In this document: positions 1 through 8,625 of the stretch, piece after piece
Position numbering within the stretch: the stretch's first letter is position 1
How the letters are laid out: each line of letters begins with the position of its first letter
Source: Caecitellus pseudoparvulus
Taxonomy: Eukaryota; Protista; Bigyra: Bicosoecida
NCBI GenBank assembly: GCA_965644315.1
Contig: CBFFRQ010000183.1
Span: 1 to 16,753, forward strand
Direction of reading: 5' to 3'
Length of the DNA stretch: 16,753 nt
The notes under the pieces: generated by a model
Seen by the model: the letters and a program-made list of their open reading frames with translations, nothing else
Told to the model about the DNA's origin: nothing
The model's database searches: none
Program-made: the position numbers and the translations under genes

Positions 1-2
1 TC

Positions 3-1220
3 CTGGCTGCCTGTCAGGAAGGGCACCTCGATGTGGTGCGCGAGCTGCTGGCTCTGACGGGCGACCGTGAAGTGGACGTGCATGCTGGGGATCAGAGTGG
101 GCCTGAAGCTGGCTTCCGGGCAGCCTGTGAGCATGGTCACTTTGGTGTGGTGCGTGAGCTGTTGGCTTTGCGTGGACACCGTGAGGTCGACGTGCATGTC
201 GGATCTCAGCGTGGCCCTGAGGTAGGGTTTCGGCTTGCATGCCAGTATGGGCACCTCGATGTGGTTCAAGAGCTGCTGGCTTTGAAAGGTGACCGCAAAG
301 TGGACGTACACGCTGGGCCTGAGGGCGAGTCTGAAGGCGCGTTCATTGCTGCATGTGGAAATGGCCACGTGGACGTAGTGCGAGAGCTGCTGGCTCTACG
401 CAGAGATCGTGCTGTGAATGTAAGCGCTGGCAACAGCATTTCCTTTCTAAGCGCTTGTGAGCAAGGCCACGTGCAGGTTGTGCGTGAGCTGCTAACGCTT
501 ACTGGTAGCCGAGCAGTGGATGTGCATGTGGCGGGCTGGGACAGCGTACCAGAGGCTGCTTTTCGGCGCGCATGTGCTAATGGGCACGTGGATGTGGTGC
601 GCGAGCTGCTGGCTCTGACGGGCGACCGTGAGATCGATGTGCATGCTGGGCGAGAGGACGAGCCTGAAGGCGCATTCATTGCTGCTTGTGGGGGCGGGTA
701 CATTGATGTTGTGCGTGAGCTGCTTGCCCTCAGCGGTGACCGTGCAGTGGACGTACATGCTGGGCTTGGGGGCAAGCCTGAGGGTGGCTTTCGCCTTGCT
801 TGTCAGAAGGGGCATGTCGAGGTTGTGCGCGAGCTGCTGGCGCTAACAGGACATCGAGAAGTGGATGTGCATGGTGGGCCCGATGGCAAGCCTGAGTACG
901 GCTTTCGCCTTGCCTGCAAGTTTGGCCACACGGCTGTGGTGCGTGAGCTGCTGGCTTTGAGCGGGTACCGTGAGGTGGATGTGCATGCTGGGCCGGTGGG
1001 AAAGCCAGACGCTGGTTTCCGGTTTGCTTGCAAGAGTGCTCATGTGGGTGTGATGCGTGAGCTGCTTGGCCTGTCTGGACACCGAGCCATCCCACTCCGA
1101 GCACGCCTTGACGCAGGACAGGTGGCTGTGCAGCCAGCCAAGGATGCGGCCTGGGCCGGCACATGCACCCGCCAGGGCAGGCGCAGCATGTTGCTGCATC
1201 GGGCTGCTGGAGTGAGCTGA
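3..1220 (+). CDS. Ankyrin-repeat protein, type A copy 1 (5' truncated by window edge)
   Basis: Frame open from position 3 (LAACQEGHLDVVRELL...). About 10 repeats of consensus F..AC..GH..VVRELLAL.G.R.VDVHAG, matching the ankyrin helix-turn-helix pattern (A...GH...V..LL). C-terminus ...RQGRRSMLLHRAAGVS is shared with A2 and A3. Confidence 0.88.
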   Translation: MAACQEGHLDVVRELLALTGDREVDVHAGDQSGPEAGFRAACEHGHFGVVRELLALRGHREVDVHVGSQRGPEVGFRLACQYGHLDVVQELLALKGDRKVDVHAGPEGESEGAFIAACGNGHVDVVRELLALRRDRAVNVSAGNSISFLSACEQGHVQVVRELLTLTGSRAVDVHVAGWDSVPEAAFRRACANGHVDVVRELLALTGDREIDVHAGREDEPEGAFIAACGGGYIDVVRELLALSGDRAVDVHAGLGGKPEGGFRLACQKGHVEVVRELLALTGHREVDVHGGPDGKPEYGFRLACKFGHTAVVRELLALSGYREVDVHAGPVGKPDAGFRFACKSAHVGVMRELLGLSGHRAIPLRARLDAGQVAVQPAKDAAWAGTCTRQGRRSMLLHRAAGVS

Positions 1221-1547
1221 TTGCAGTGGGTTTGGCGGCAGGGTGGCCACCGTGAGTGGTGGGGTGCGCTGAGTCCAAGGCTGCACGTAGCAATGCAGGC
1301 TGCCTTGGCCTGTCATGGCCCTGCTTGCCACCAGCCTTTGATCATTCCGTCGGAGTCTGTGCTTGCCCGCCCACTGGCGCGTGCGGTTTCGTCGGCTGGC
1401 TGGAGTACGGGTGACTTGGCTGCAGTGCAGCCCACCGTGTCAAACTTGCAATGCACTGTGTCCATACATGTATGAGGAGCACATAGCTTGAACAGAGAGG
1501 CTCCTGTGTCTATCAGGCGGCCAGCAGTGTCACTTTACATTGCGGCT

Positions 1548-1580
1548 GGAAGTGCGGAAACTGAACCCACCACGCCATGG
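1548..1580 (+). promoter_or_regulatory. Conserved pre-ATG motif (B1)
   Basis: ggaagtgcggaaactgaacccaccacgccATGg; recurs before all five visible ankyrin starts; ends in a Kozak-like gccATGg. Confidence 0.6.
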
Positions 1581-2954
1581 CCTGTGGCAGCGGCGGTGAG
1601 AGGCGGTGGCTGGATCGTTGGACAGCAGCCTGCACCGCCAAGGATGTGGAGAGCATGTTCACACTGCTGCAGGGTGACGCTGATGGCGGCAAGGGAGGCA
1701 TGGGGCCCCTTGAGGCGTCCACCGTGTCACATGCCGCTGCTGTGGCTTGTGACAAGTGTGACGCTGGGGTGTTTCGGGAGCTATCGGGCGTGATTGCGGA
1801 GCGTGGCCTGGGCGCGAAGGCGCTGAGCTTCGTGTACATGGCAGCATGTGCGGGCGGGCATGTGGACGTAGTGCGAGAGCTGCTGGCGCTGACGGGTGAT
1901 CGGGAAGTGGATGTGCATGCTGCGGACGAGGCTGGCTTCCGGTGGGCCTGTGGGAATGGTCACGTAGGCGTGGTGCGAGAGCTGCTGGCACTGAGTCGTG
2001 ATCGGGAGGTAGATGTGCATGCTGCGGACGAAGCTGGCTTCCGGTGGGCCTGTGGCGGAGGGCATGTGGAAGTAGTGCGGGAGCTGTTAGCTTTGAGAGG
2101 TCATCGAACTGTGGATGTGATGGTTGATTTCGGGGATGGTCCCGGGTATGTCTTTCGACTTGCGAGCCAGTATGGTCATTTGGACGTGGTGCGGGAGCTG
2201 TTAGCACTGACGGGTGACCGAGCAGTGGACGTGCATGCTGGGCCTGAGGGCAGGTCTGAGGCTGCCTTCCGGCTTGCTTGCCAGAACGGACATGTGGCTG
2301 TGGTACGTGAGCTGCTTGCGCTGAGTGGTGATCGGGAAGTGGATGTGCACGCTGGTGATCGGGATGGAGCCGAGGCTGGCTTCCGGGCTGCTTGTGAGCA
2401 CGGACACGTGGAAGTGGTTCGAGTCTTGCTGACACTGAAGGGTGATCGGGAGGTGGATGTTCACGCCGGGCCTGACGGCGAAGCTGAGTATACTTTCAGA
2501 CTTGCTTGCGAAAACGGACATGTAGATGTGGTGCGCGAGCTACTGGCATTGAGCGGCCACCGAAGAGTGGATGTGCACGCAGGGAGTTTGGCTCAGCCTG
2601 AGGCTGCATTCCTGGCTGCATGTAGAGGTGGGAGCTTGGGCGTGGTTCGTGAGCTGCTGGCTCTGACGGGCGATCGAGCTGTGGATGTGCATGCGGGGCC
2701 TGAGGGTGTGCCGGATGTTGGCTTCCACTGGGCATGCAAGAATGGACACGTGGACGTGGTGCGCGAGCTACTCGCTCTGACTGGTCCGCGTGAAGTTGAT
2801 GTGCATGCGGGGCGTTGGGGTTGGCCAGAGTATGCTTTTCAGGCTGCCTGTGAGGAAGGGCACGTGGATGTCGTGCGTGTCCTGCTGGCGCTGAGCGGAC
2901 CCCGTGAGATCGACGTGCACGCTGGACCTGAAGGCAAACCAGAGGCTGGCTTCC
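1577..2954 (+). pseudogene. Ankyrin-repeat protein type B copy 1, 5' part; interrupted by the retrotransposon
   Basis: ATG in cacgccATGg context; N-terminus homologous to B2. Homology to B2 stops at ...GKPEAGF (ggcttcc, 2954). Joining 1577-2954 to 8778-8977 gives an open 525-aa frame colinear with B2 (GKPDAGFLLACVDLREEVV). Confidence 0.9.
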
Positions 2955-3128
2955 GAGGTTGCCGGCACCCCAGCCGGCAACCATGTTTCCCGGCAGGAGG
3001 GGCGGCGGGCAGTCCCACGCTAGTGGCACAATTGTCCCCCGCCGCCCCAACGCAGAGTAGACGACGGCAGGACCGGGCATGACAAAACCAGTCATTAGCC
3101 GGCCTCGTCACTCTCTTTCCTTTTTTTT
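2955..3128 (+). repeat. Split direct repeat A, copy 1 (left terminus)
   Basis: gaggttgccggcacccc...ctctctttcc+T8; identical to 8440-8613 by direct comparison (offset 5485). Confidence 0.95.
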
Positions 3129-3132
3129 CGAG

Positions 3133-5214
3133 ATGGCATCGGATGATCCAGCTTCCAGCGACACGGAGGGCGGAAGCTGGGAGGACATCCACGACAAAAT
3201 GATGTCTGTCAACTCCGCCAAGCAAGCCAAGGCGCTCATAACGGAGCAGGAGTTCGAGTACTGGCTGAAGTGGGCGGATTCTGAGGATTTTGGTAAGATG
3301 GAGGCCGCTTGGCGCCTCCGGGAGGTGCCCGAGGGATTCCGGGCAGATCGCATGCGATCCCTCATTGCGGGCAGAGCTTTCCGCCTCCCCGCTGACGGTG
3401 CCCCTCATCGCGCAGGCGGCTCACCACGGGGGCACGGCACGAAGCGAACCCGTCCGCGCGGTGCGAGCAGTGGCACGCCCTACGGCCCGCACCTACCCCC
3501 GCGCCCGACCCAGCCGGACGCAGTCGCAGGCGACCTCCCGCAAGATCCCGCCACAGTGCTTACGTGGTTCCTGCAGAGGGGAGCGACGGTGCCGAGCGAG
3601 GACGTCGCCGTGCAGCTGCAGTTCTACGTGGGCTTGGCAACGGAGGAGACATCGCCGTACGCCCTCTCCGCTTGGCCTCCACGGCGCTTCGCCGCATGGT
3701 GCAGACTCAACGGTATTCCCCCCGACCTCACCCCCGACGACATCGTGATGCATTTGCAGCGGGTCCTGGAGGCCGCGCTGGCGGGCGACGACGACTTTGG
3801 CGACGACGATGCCGGCGCCCCGTTCTTTCCCGTTTTCCCGGGCACCACACCGGATGCCGCCCGGTTACAGCCCCGTGCGGCGGCCCCGGGTCACCCCCGG
3901 CCTCCAAGAGGCACAGGGCGGCCTATAGCCCGCAGCCCCCCTCCCCCGTGGGGCGGCGGAGCCTCGCCGGCAGTCCACCCCGAAGGCGGGTCGGCTGTTT
4001 TCGGTCACATGGGGGAGAACAGCGGTCGGTCGTCGCCAGCCGACGAGGTACTGGTCACTGTAGGCGCGCTGCGGGTCATTGGGCCGACCGCACACCCCTC
4101 GTCGGCGGTGGCCCGGGACCGCCTGTCAGCCTTGGGGGCAGTTTTCGCTGCGGGGACCACAGACGCCTTGACCACGGTGGCTGTCGAGATGGCTGAGGCT
4201 GCTGCACGAGAGGTGCCCGCAGCAACGGGCCCAGTGCCGTCAGGTACGTTCCTGTCCCGCCAGCTCCCCCCCCACTCGCCCCGCGTGCCCGCTCCCGGCG
4301 ACCCGTCCTGGCTCACAGCCCCCGGCGATGAGGTAGCCCCGCCGTCCGCGTCGGTCATGATGGACGACGCTATGGACGTAGTGACTGCTGTACGCCTGGT
4401 GCAAGGGAGGGTGGAAGTTACAGTTGACCCAACCCATCTAGTGGCAGTAACTGGGGCGGGTGCCCTGTCGGCATGCCACATGCTGGGCAACCGTGGGGGC
4501 GCTTGGTGGCTTGCTGCGATGACCAGGGACTTGCTGACGGCGCCTTCCGACGACCTCCACCGCTCCCTCCGAGCGTTCTGGTGGAAGTGGGCGTCCGAGG
4601 TGCCCGCCCTGGCAGACCAGCGGGGCCTGTGCCGAGCCATGGCGTGCGCACTCCTGATCACAATCGCAGTGCGGGCCGTGGCGCAGACCGCCGCTGCGTT
4701 GCCCGAAGGCCAGCGCAGGCGATGGGCCCAGCTGACGTGGGCCTCCTGGGTGGCCACGTTCCGCACTAACGCCACCATTGTCATGATGGCGTCGGCGACG
4801 GGGCAAGCACTGGTGGCCAGCTCGCTGGCGCGCGAGGCATGGGCGGCCGGGGCCGCCGCCACACCGATGCCAGGTGCGGGGGGCGGCCCGGCGCAAACCC
4901 CCGCTCGTGGCCCTCCCGCGGGGCTGTACCGGCAGGACGACCCGAGCACATTCGTGTGGTGCCCCGGGTGCGTCGGATCCGACCGGCGGCGCCGGTCGCT
5001 GGCATCCTGCCCACGCCTGGCCCAGCATGTGGCCCACCTGCGCCGGACCCACACAGTCGGAGGTAAGCCCGCAGAACTTACCCAGGCGCAGGCAGTGGCC
5101 ATGCTGGTGCGCCAGTGGGAGCGGAAGGTGGCATCCAAGGGACGTGACTTCCAGCGGCGCATGCAGCCCCGCGCTGTCACCACGGCCATGGTGGAGGCAG
5201 CTCTCAGCCTCTAG
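3133..5214 (+). CDS. ORF1, Gag-like protein of the retrotransposon
   Basis: Long ORF in the gag position. First ATG after repeat A is at 3133 (MASDDP...); an in-frame upstream ATG at 3079 lies within repeat A. Pro/Ala/Gly-rich with a C-terminal CxxC...HxxxxH motif. Gag call rests on position, not recognised homology. Confidence 0.7.
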   Translation: MASDDPASSDTEGGSWEDIHDKMMSVNSAKQAKALITEQEFEYWLKWADSEDFGKMEAAWRLREVPEGFRADRMRSLIAGRAFRLPADGAPHRAGGSPRGHGTKRTRPRGASSGTPYGPHLPPRPTQPDAVAGDLPQDPATVLTWFLQRGATVPSEDVAVQLQFYVGLATEETSPYALSAWPPRRFAAWCRLNGIPPDLTPDDIVMHLQRVLEAALAGDDDFGDDDAGAPFFPVFPGTTPDAARLQPRAAAPGHPRPPRGTGRPIARSPPPPWGGGASPAVHPEGGSAVFGHMGENSGRSSPADEVLVTVGALRVIGPTAHPSSAVARDRLSALGAVFAAGTTDALTTVAVEMAEAAAREVPAATGPVPSGTFLSRQLPPHSPRVPAPGDPSWLTAPGDEVAPPSASVMMDDAMDVVTAVRLVQGRVEVTVDPTHLVAVTGAGALSACHMLGNRGGAWWLAAMTRDLLTAPSDDLHRSLRAFWWKWASEVPALADQRGLCRAMACALLITIAVRAVAQTAAALPEGQRRRWAQLTWASWVATFRTNATIVMMASATGQALVASSLAREAWAAGAAATPMPGAGGGPAQTPARGPPAGLYRQDDPSTFVWCPGCVGSDRRRRSLASCPRLAQHVAHLRRTHTVGGKPAELTQAQAVAMLVRQWERKVASKGRDFQRRMQPRAVTTAMVEAALSL

Positions 5215-7362
5215 GAGGTGGGCCGGAGCGCGGTGGTGAGAGCGACCACGGGGTACCGGGCCGTGCCCGTGGAGTGGAGGGCTGCCGCCCCGCTCTCGAC
5301 AGACCACCGCGCCATGGCCGTGCTCATCGAATCAATGGTCCAGCAGCTGCATGGGGACCGTTGTTGGACTCCACCGGGGCTCTTCGAGGACATCTTGCGT
5401 GGGGGCTTGGACTGGGGCCCCCACCCCGTGGTCTCATACTGGGGTTGCCAGGAGGCCCACGCTGACGTGTGTCCCGCATGCGGCGAGACCACTTCCAGAT
5501 TACGGCAGCTTGAGCGGTGCGCAGCCATGCGACTGCTCACCGTGGTCACGCTGCGCGGGTGGGACCCCGCTTGGCTGCTGTTCCGCCGCCCCCCGGCAGC
5601 GGCATCCCCGTCCTCGGCATACGTGCTGCAGCCGCACGACGAGCGGGCGGTGGCAGCGGCCTATGACGCCTTCGCGGCTGCGCGCGTGCTGCAGCCGGTC
5701 ACCCCCAGCAGCTGCAGCAGCACCGAAAGATGGGGGGCCAGCCGCTTCTGCCTTCGTTGTCACGACATGGGCCCCCCAGCCGGGCGTCAGCGACGAAGCT
5801 CTGCGACAGTGGGCTGCTGCGAACCCAGGCGAGGCGGTGCAGGCCGCCAGCTCTTCCCGCGCGCCCGCCCGCCCGAGCCGCCTGTTCCGGGCCAAGCAGC
5901 GGGTGGTGTACGATCTGGCAGCCGTCAACCAGGCCTCAGTGAGCCCCCCATTCCACTACCCCACGCTGGAGAGCTGGGCGCTGCGCCTCCCGCCGAACTC
6001 GGACTGTGTTGTCCTGGACGTGGAAGCAGGGTACACGGCCATCCCCATCGCTCCGTCGGGCGCCGGACTGTTCACCATGCTCGCCCAGGGCAGGCCAGCC
6101 TTCCGCATGCTTCGGATGGCCTTCGGGTACAGCCCGGCCGGGGCCATTTTCTGCTTTTTTTCTGGACTTCTGGGCGCCAAGATCGAAGCGGCGTTCCCAG
6201 CAGGGCATGTGGTTGTGTACGTAGACGACGTCGGGCTTGGGGGAGCTACGTTGGGGCCACGGCCATCGATCGTGCCCAAGATAACTCAACTGTTCGAGGA
6301 CGTGGGCTTCCGGGTGTCGCGCAAGAAGACGCAAGGGCCACAGCGCGTCGTTCAGTACTTGGGGATGGTGGTCAGGTGTGCCCCGTGTGGGGTGTACCTT
6401 GAGTGTCCTCAAGCCAAACGAACTCAGCTGCGGTGGCAGCTGGCCGCGGTCCTTAATCGCCTCGGCGCTTGCTCCACCATCCCCAAGCGCGTTTTCGCCG
6501 CGGTCACAGGGCGCTTGCACGGCCTGTCGGCCGTGGTGCCCCACGCAAAACAAACGCTGTCGCTCTTGTACGACACCATGCGCACACACAAGTACCGCGT
6601 CGGCCCCCCGGCGCTCTCGTGCCTGTCCCCCCGGCGTCGCACGGGGCCCTGCGGACCCTCCTTGAGGCCCTCGGTGGGCCGTTATCGACGGGCCCGATGC
6701 GCCCGCTCTCCCCACTGTCAAGCAGGTGGCGCGCCGCCCTCTTTGGCTCGTGCGACGCGTCGGGGGAAGGCGGGCTGGGGGCAACAGTGTCGAGGTGGGC
6801 AGGGCCAGGAGAACGCACAGACTCCGCTTGGTACGCGTCCATGCGCATCCCCGGCACAGCCCCGGGCGAGGAGCTCGTGGGAGCCTCCACGATGCTGGAG
6901 CTGTACGCAATCGCCTTGGCTATGGCAATGGCGCGGCATGTTTTTCCCGAGCCGGGGCCGCTGCTGCTATGCCTAGCTGCGGACAGCCAGGCAGCGGTGG
7001 CGCTGGCGCGACGAGGGTACAGCAAGCACAGCCGTGAACTCACGCGCGTCTGCGGGGTCCTCGAGCGGGTTTCCCGCGTTTTGGACGTCCACTTGGCGCC
7101 TCGGTGGATCCCGAGGAGCCTGAATTGGCGGGCGGACGCCCTCAGCCACCCCGAAAGGGTGGATAGCAGCACACCGGCAGCGCTCGGCCTCCCGCCAGGG
7201 CAACCAGCCGAGCTGGAGGTATCAGCAGGGGGAAGCAGCGCCGCTGAGCGGTGGCATGATGTGTCCCTAGACGTAGGGCCGTCGGAAAAGGGCCGGGGCG
7301 GGCACCGCGTGGATTCACTCAGCTCAACTCTCCGTCGCCCTGCACAGACACACTCTGGATAA
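5215..7362 (+). CDS. Pol: reverse transcriptase + RNase H, split over frames 1/2/1 (frameshifts near 5702-5737 and 6604-6632)
   Basis: Frame 1: RT N-terminal-like GWDPAWLLFRRPP...ERAVAAAYDAFAAARVLQPV. Frame 2: SAFVV...KQRVVYDL, VLDVEAGYTAIPI, MAFGYSPAG, YVDD (6218-6229), GFRVSRKK, QYLGM. Frame 1: RNase H SCDAS, LELYAI, ADSQAAV, WIPRSLNWRADALS. Confidence 0.9.
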
Positions 7363-7382
7363 GGAAGCAGACCTTCTGGCAG

Positions 7383-8282
7383 ATGATCAGGGCCATCCCC
7401 GCGTCCCCGATCAGCAGGATTCACCAACATAGGCTGGCAAAGGGGACGGTGGTCAAGTACGTTCGCGCGGTTGCTGGCCTGATCAGGGCCGCTCCAGCAC
7501 CCCGGGACAGGGCGCGGACCATGGTGGGCATCTTAACGGGCGGCGTGGCCGCAGGCAGATGGGCCCCCCATCGGGCGAAGCAGATCCTGGCGCAATGGGT
7601 CGGTGGTTTTAGGTATCTGGGCCTGCCAATCCCGTCGCTAGCCCCGCTGGGGCTCACAGTCGGCAGCATCTGCCGGGCAATCCGCCGGCTCCACCGAGGG
7701 AGAGGGGAGCAACACCGCCGCCCTATCAGCAAAGAACAAGTCATGGAGGCCATGAAGCGGGCATGGGACGGGCCACACCTCGGGAGGCATGCCCCAACTG
7801 CCGCCGCAGCTATCTACATCGGCTTTCATGGCATGTGCAGGCCGGGAGAGCTCCGGGGCCTGCGATGGGAGGAGTTGCACTTCGGGCGGGCGGGCCCCCT
7901 GCAGTGGGTGGAGGCCAGGGTCACGGATAAAACGCACCTGAGTGCAAACCGCCACATCCAGGTGGTGCGCCAGGCCGAGTGGGCGGGGGCCTTCGACCGC
8001 CTCCGGGAGCAGGCCCGGGACAAGCGGGGAAGCCTGCTCCCAAGGTGGGCGTGGCTCAGCCTGCAAGGCATCCTGAAGGCTGTAGCGGGCGTGTCCTTGG
8101 CCCACCTGAGACCCGGGGGCAATATGTTCTGGACAGGCCGGGCCCCCGACGTCTTGGTGGAGCACGCGGCGGGCTGGGCGGCTGGCTCCCCCACCCGGGC
8201 ACGATACTACACCCAGGGGGGGGGGGAGGGGGCGAGGCTGTGGCACGAGGCCATGACACCCAGGGGAGGAAGCAAGCATTGA
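7383..8282 (+). CDS. Tyrosine recombinase (integrase) of the retrotransposon
   Basis: N-terminal LAKGTVVKY; catalytic-type motifs FHGMCRPGEL (Arg I), TDKT (Lys), AHLRPGG (Arg II), AGW (Trp), RYY (Tyr nucleophile). Confidence 0.9.
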   Translation: MIRAIPASPISRIHQHRLAKGTVVKYVRAVAGLIRAAPAPRDRARTMVGILTGGVAAGRWAPHRAKQILAQWVGGFRYLGLPIPSLAPLGLTVGSICRAIRRLHRGRGEQHRRPISKEQVMEAMKRAWDGPHLGRHAPTAAAAIYIGFHGMCRPGELRGLRWEELHFGRAGPLQWVEARVTDKTHLSANRHIQVVRQAEWAGAFDRLREQARDKRGSLLPRWAWLSLQGILKAVAGVSLAHLRPGGNMFWTGRAPDVLVEHAAGWAAGSPTRARYYTQGGGEGARLWHEAMTPRGGSKH

Positions 8283-8287
8283 AAAGT

Positions 8288-8439
8288 ATTGGCGGGTGCC
8301 GAAAGGAGGCGTCCCCTCCCCCAAGAGATGCAGCGAGCCCTGGTGGCCGCTGGCATAGAGGGGGGAGGGGACGGCCTCGAGGCGGGCCCAGTTCAATGCA
8401 TTTCGATTGCCACGCACAACGCACCAACACGAGGGAACC
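8288..8439 (+). repeat. Split direct repeat B, copy 1
   Basis: attggcgggtgccgaaagg...acacgagggaacc, 152 bp, identical to 8626-8777; starts 5 nt after the YR stop. Confidence 0.95.
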
Positions 8440-8625
8440 GAGGTTGCCGGCACCCCAGCCGGCAACCATGTTTCCCGGCAGGAGGGGCGGCGGGCAGTCC
8501 CACGCTAGTGGCACAATTGTCCCCCGCCGCCCCAACGCAGAGTAGACGACGGCAGGACCGGGCATGACAAAACCAGTCATTAGCCGGCCTCGTCACTCTC
8601 TTTCCTTTTTTTTTTCTTTTTCTCG
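8440..8625 (+). repeat. Split direct repeat A, copy 2 (with longer pyrimidine tail)
   Basis: Identical to 2955-3128, then T10-C-T5-CTCG instead of T8-CG. Confidence 0.95.

Noticed and set aside
2955-3128. Known self-cleaving ribozyme (hammerhead, HDV-like, twister) in repeat A
   Set aside because: No CUGANGA/GAAA core, and I could not build the HDV or twister pseudoknots by eye; needs an Infernal search.
5351-6976. RT next to hypervariable repeats as a diversity-generating retroelement or retron
   Set aside because: The RT is followed by DIRS-type RNase H and YR inside split direct repeats. I saw no template/variable repeat pair with adenine-specific differences, and the element simply interrupts a gene.
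7284-7290. G_GAA_AAG as a -1 slippery site fusing RNase H to YR (YR frame open from 7260)
   Set aside because: Weak heptamer, and YR has its own ATG at 7383; no supporting evidence.
8215-8236. G11-containing purine tract as a polypurine tract or G-quadruplex
   Set aside because: Lies within YR coding sequence (Gly codons), homopolymer length is unreliable, and PPT priming is not established for this element class.
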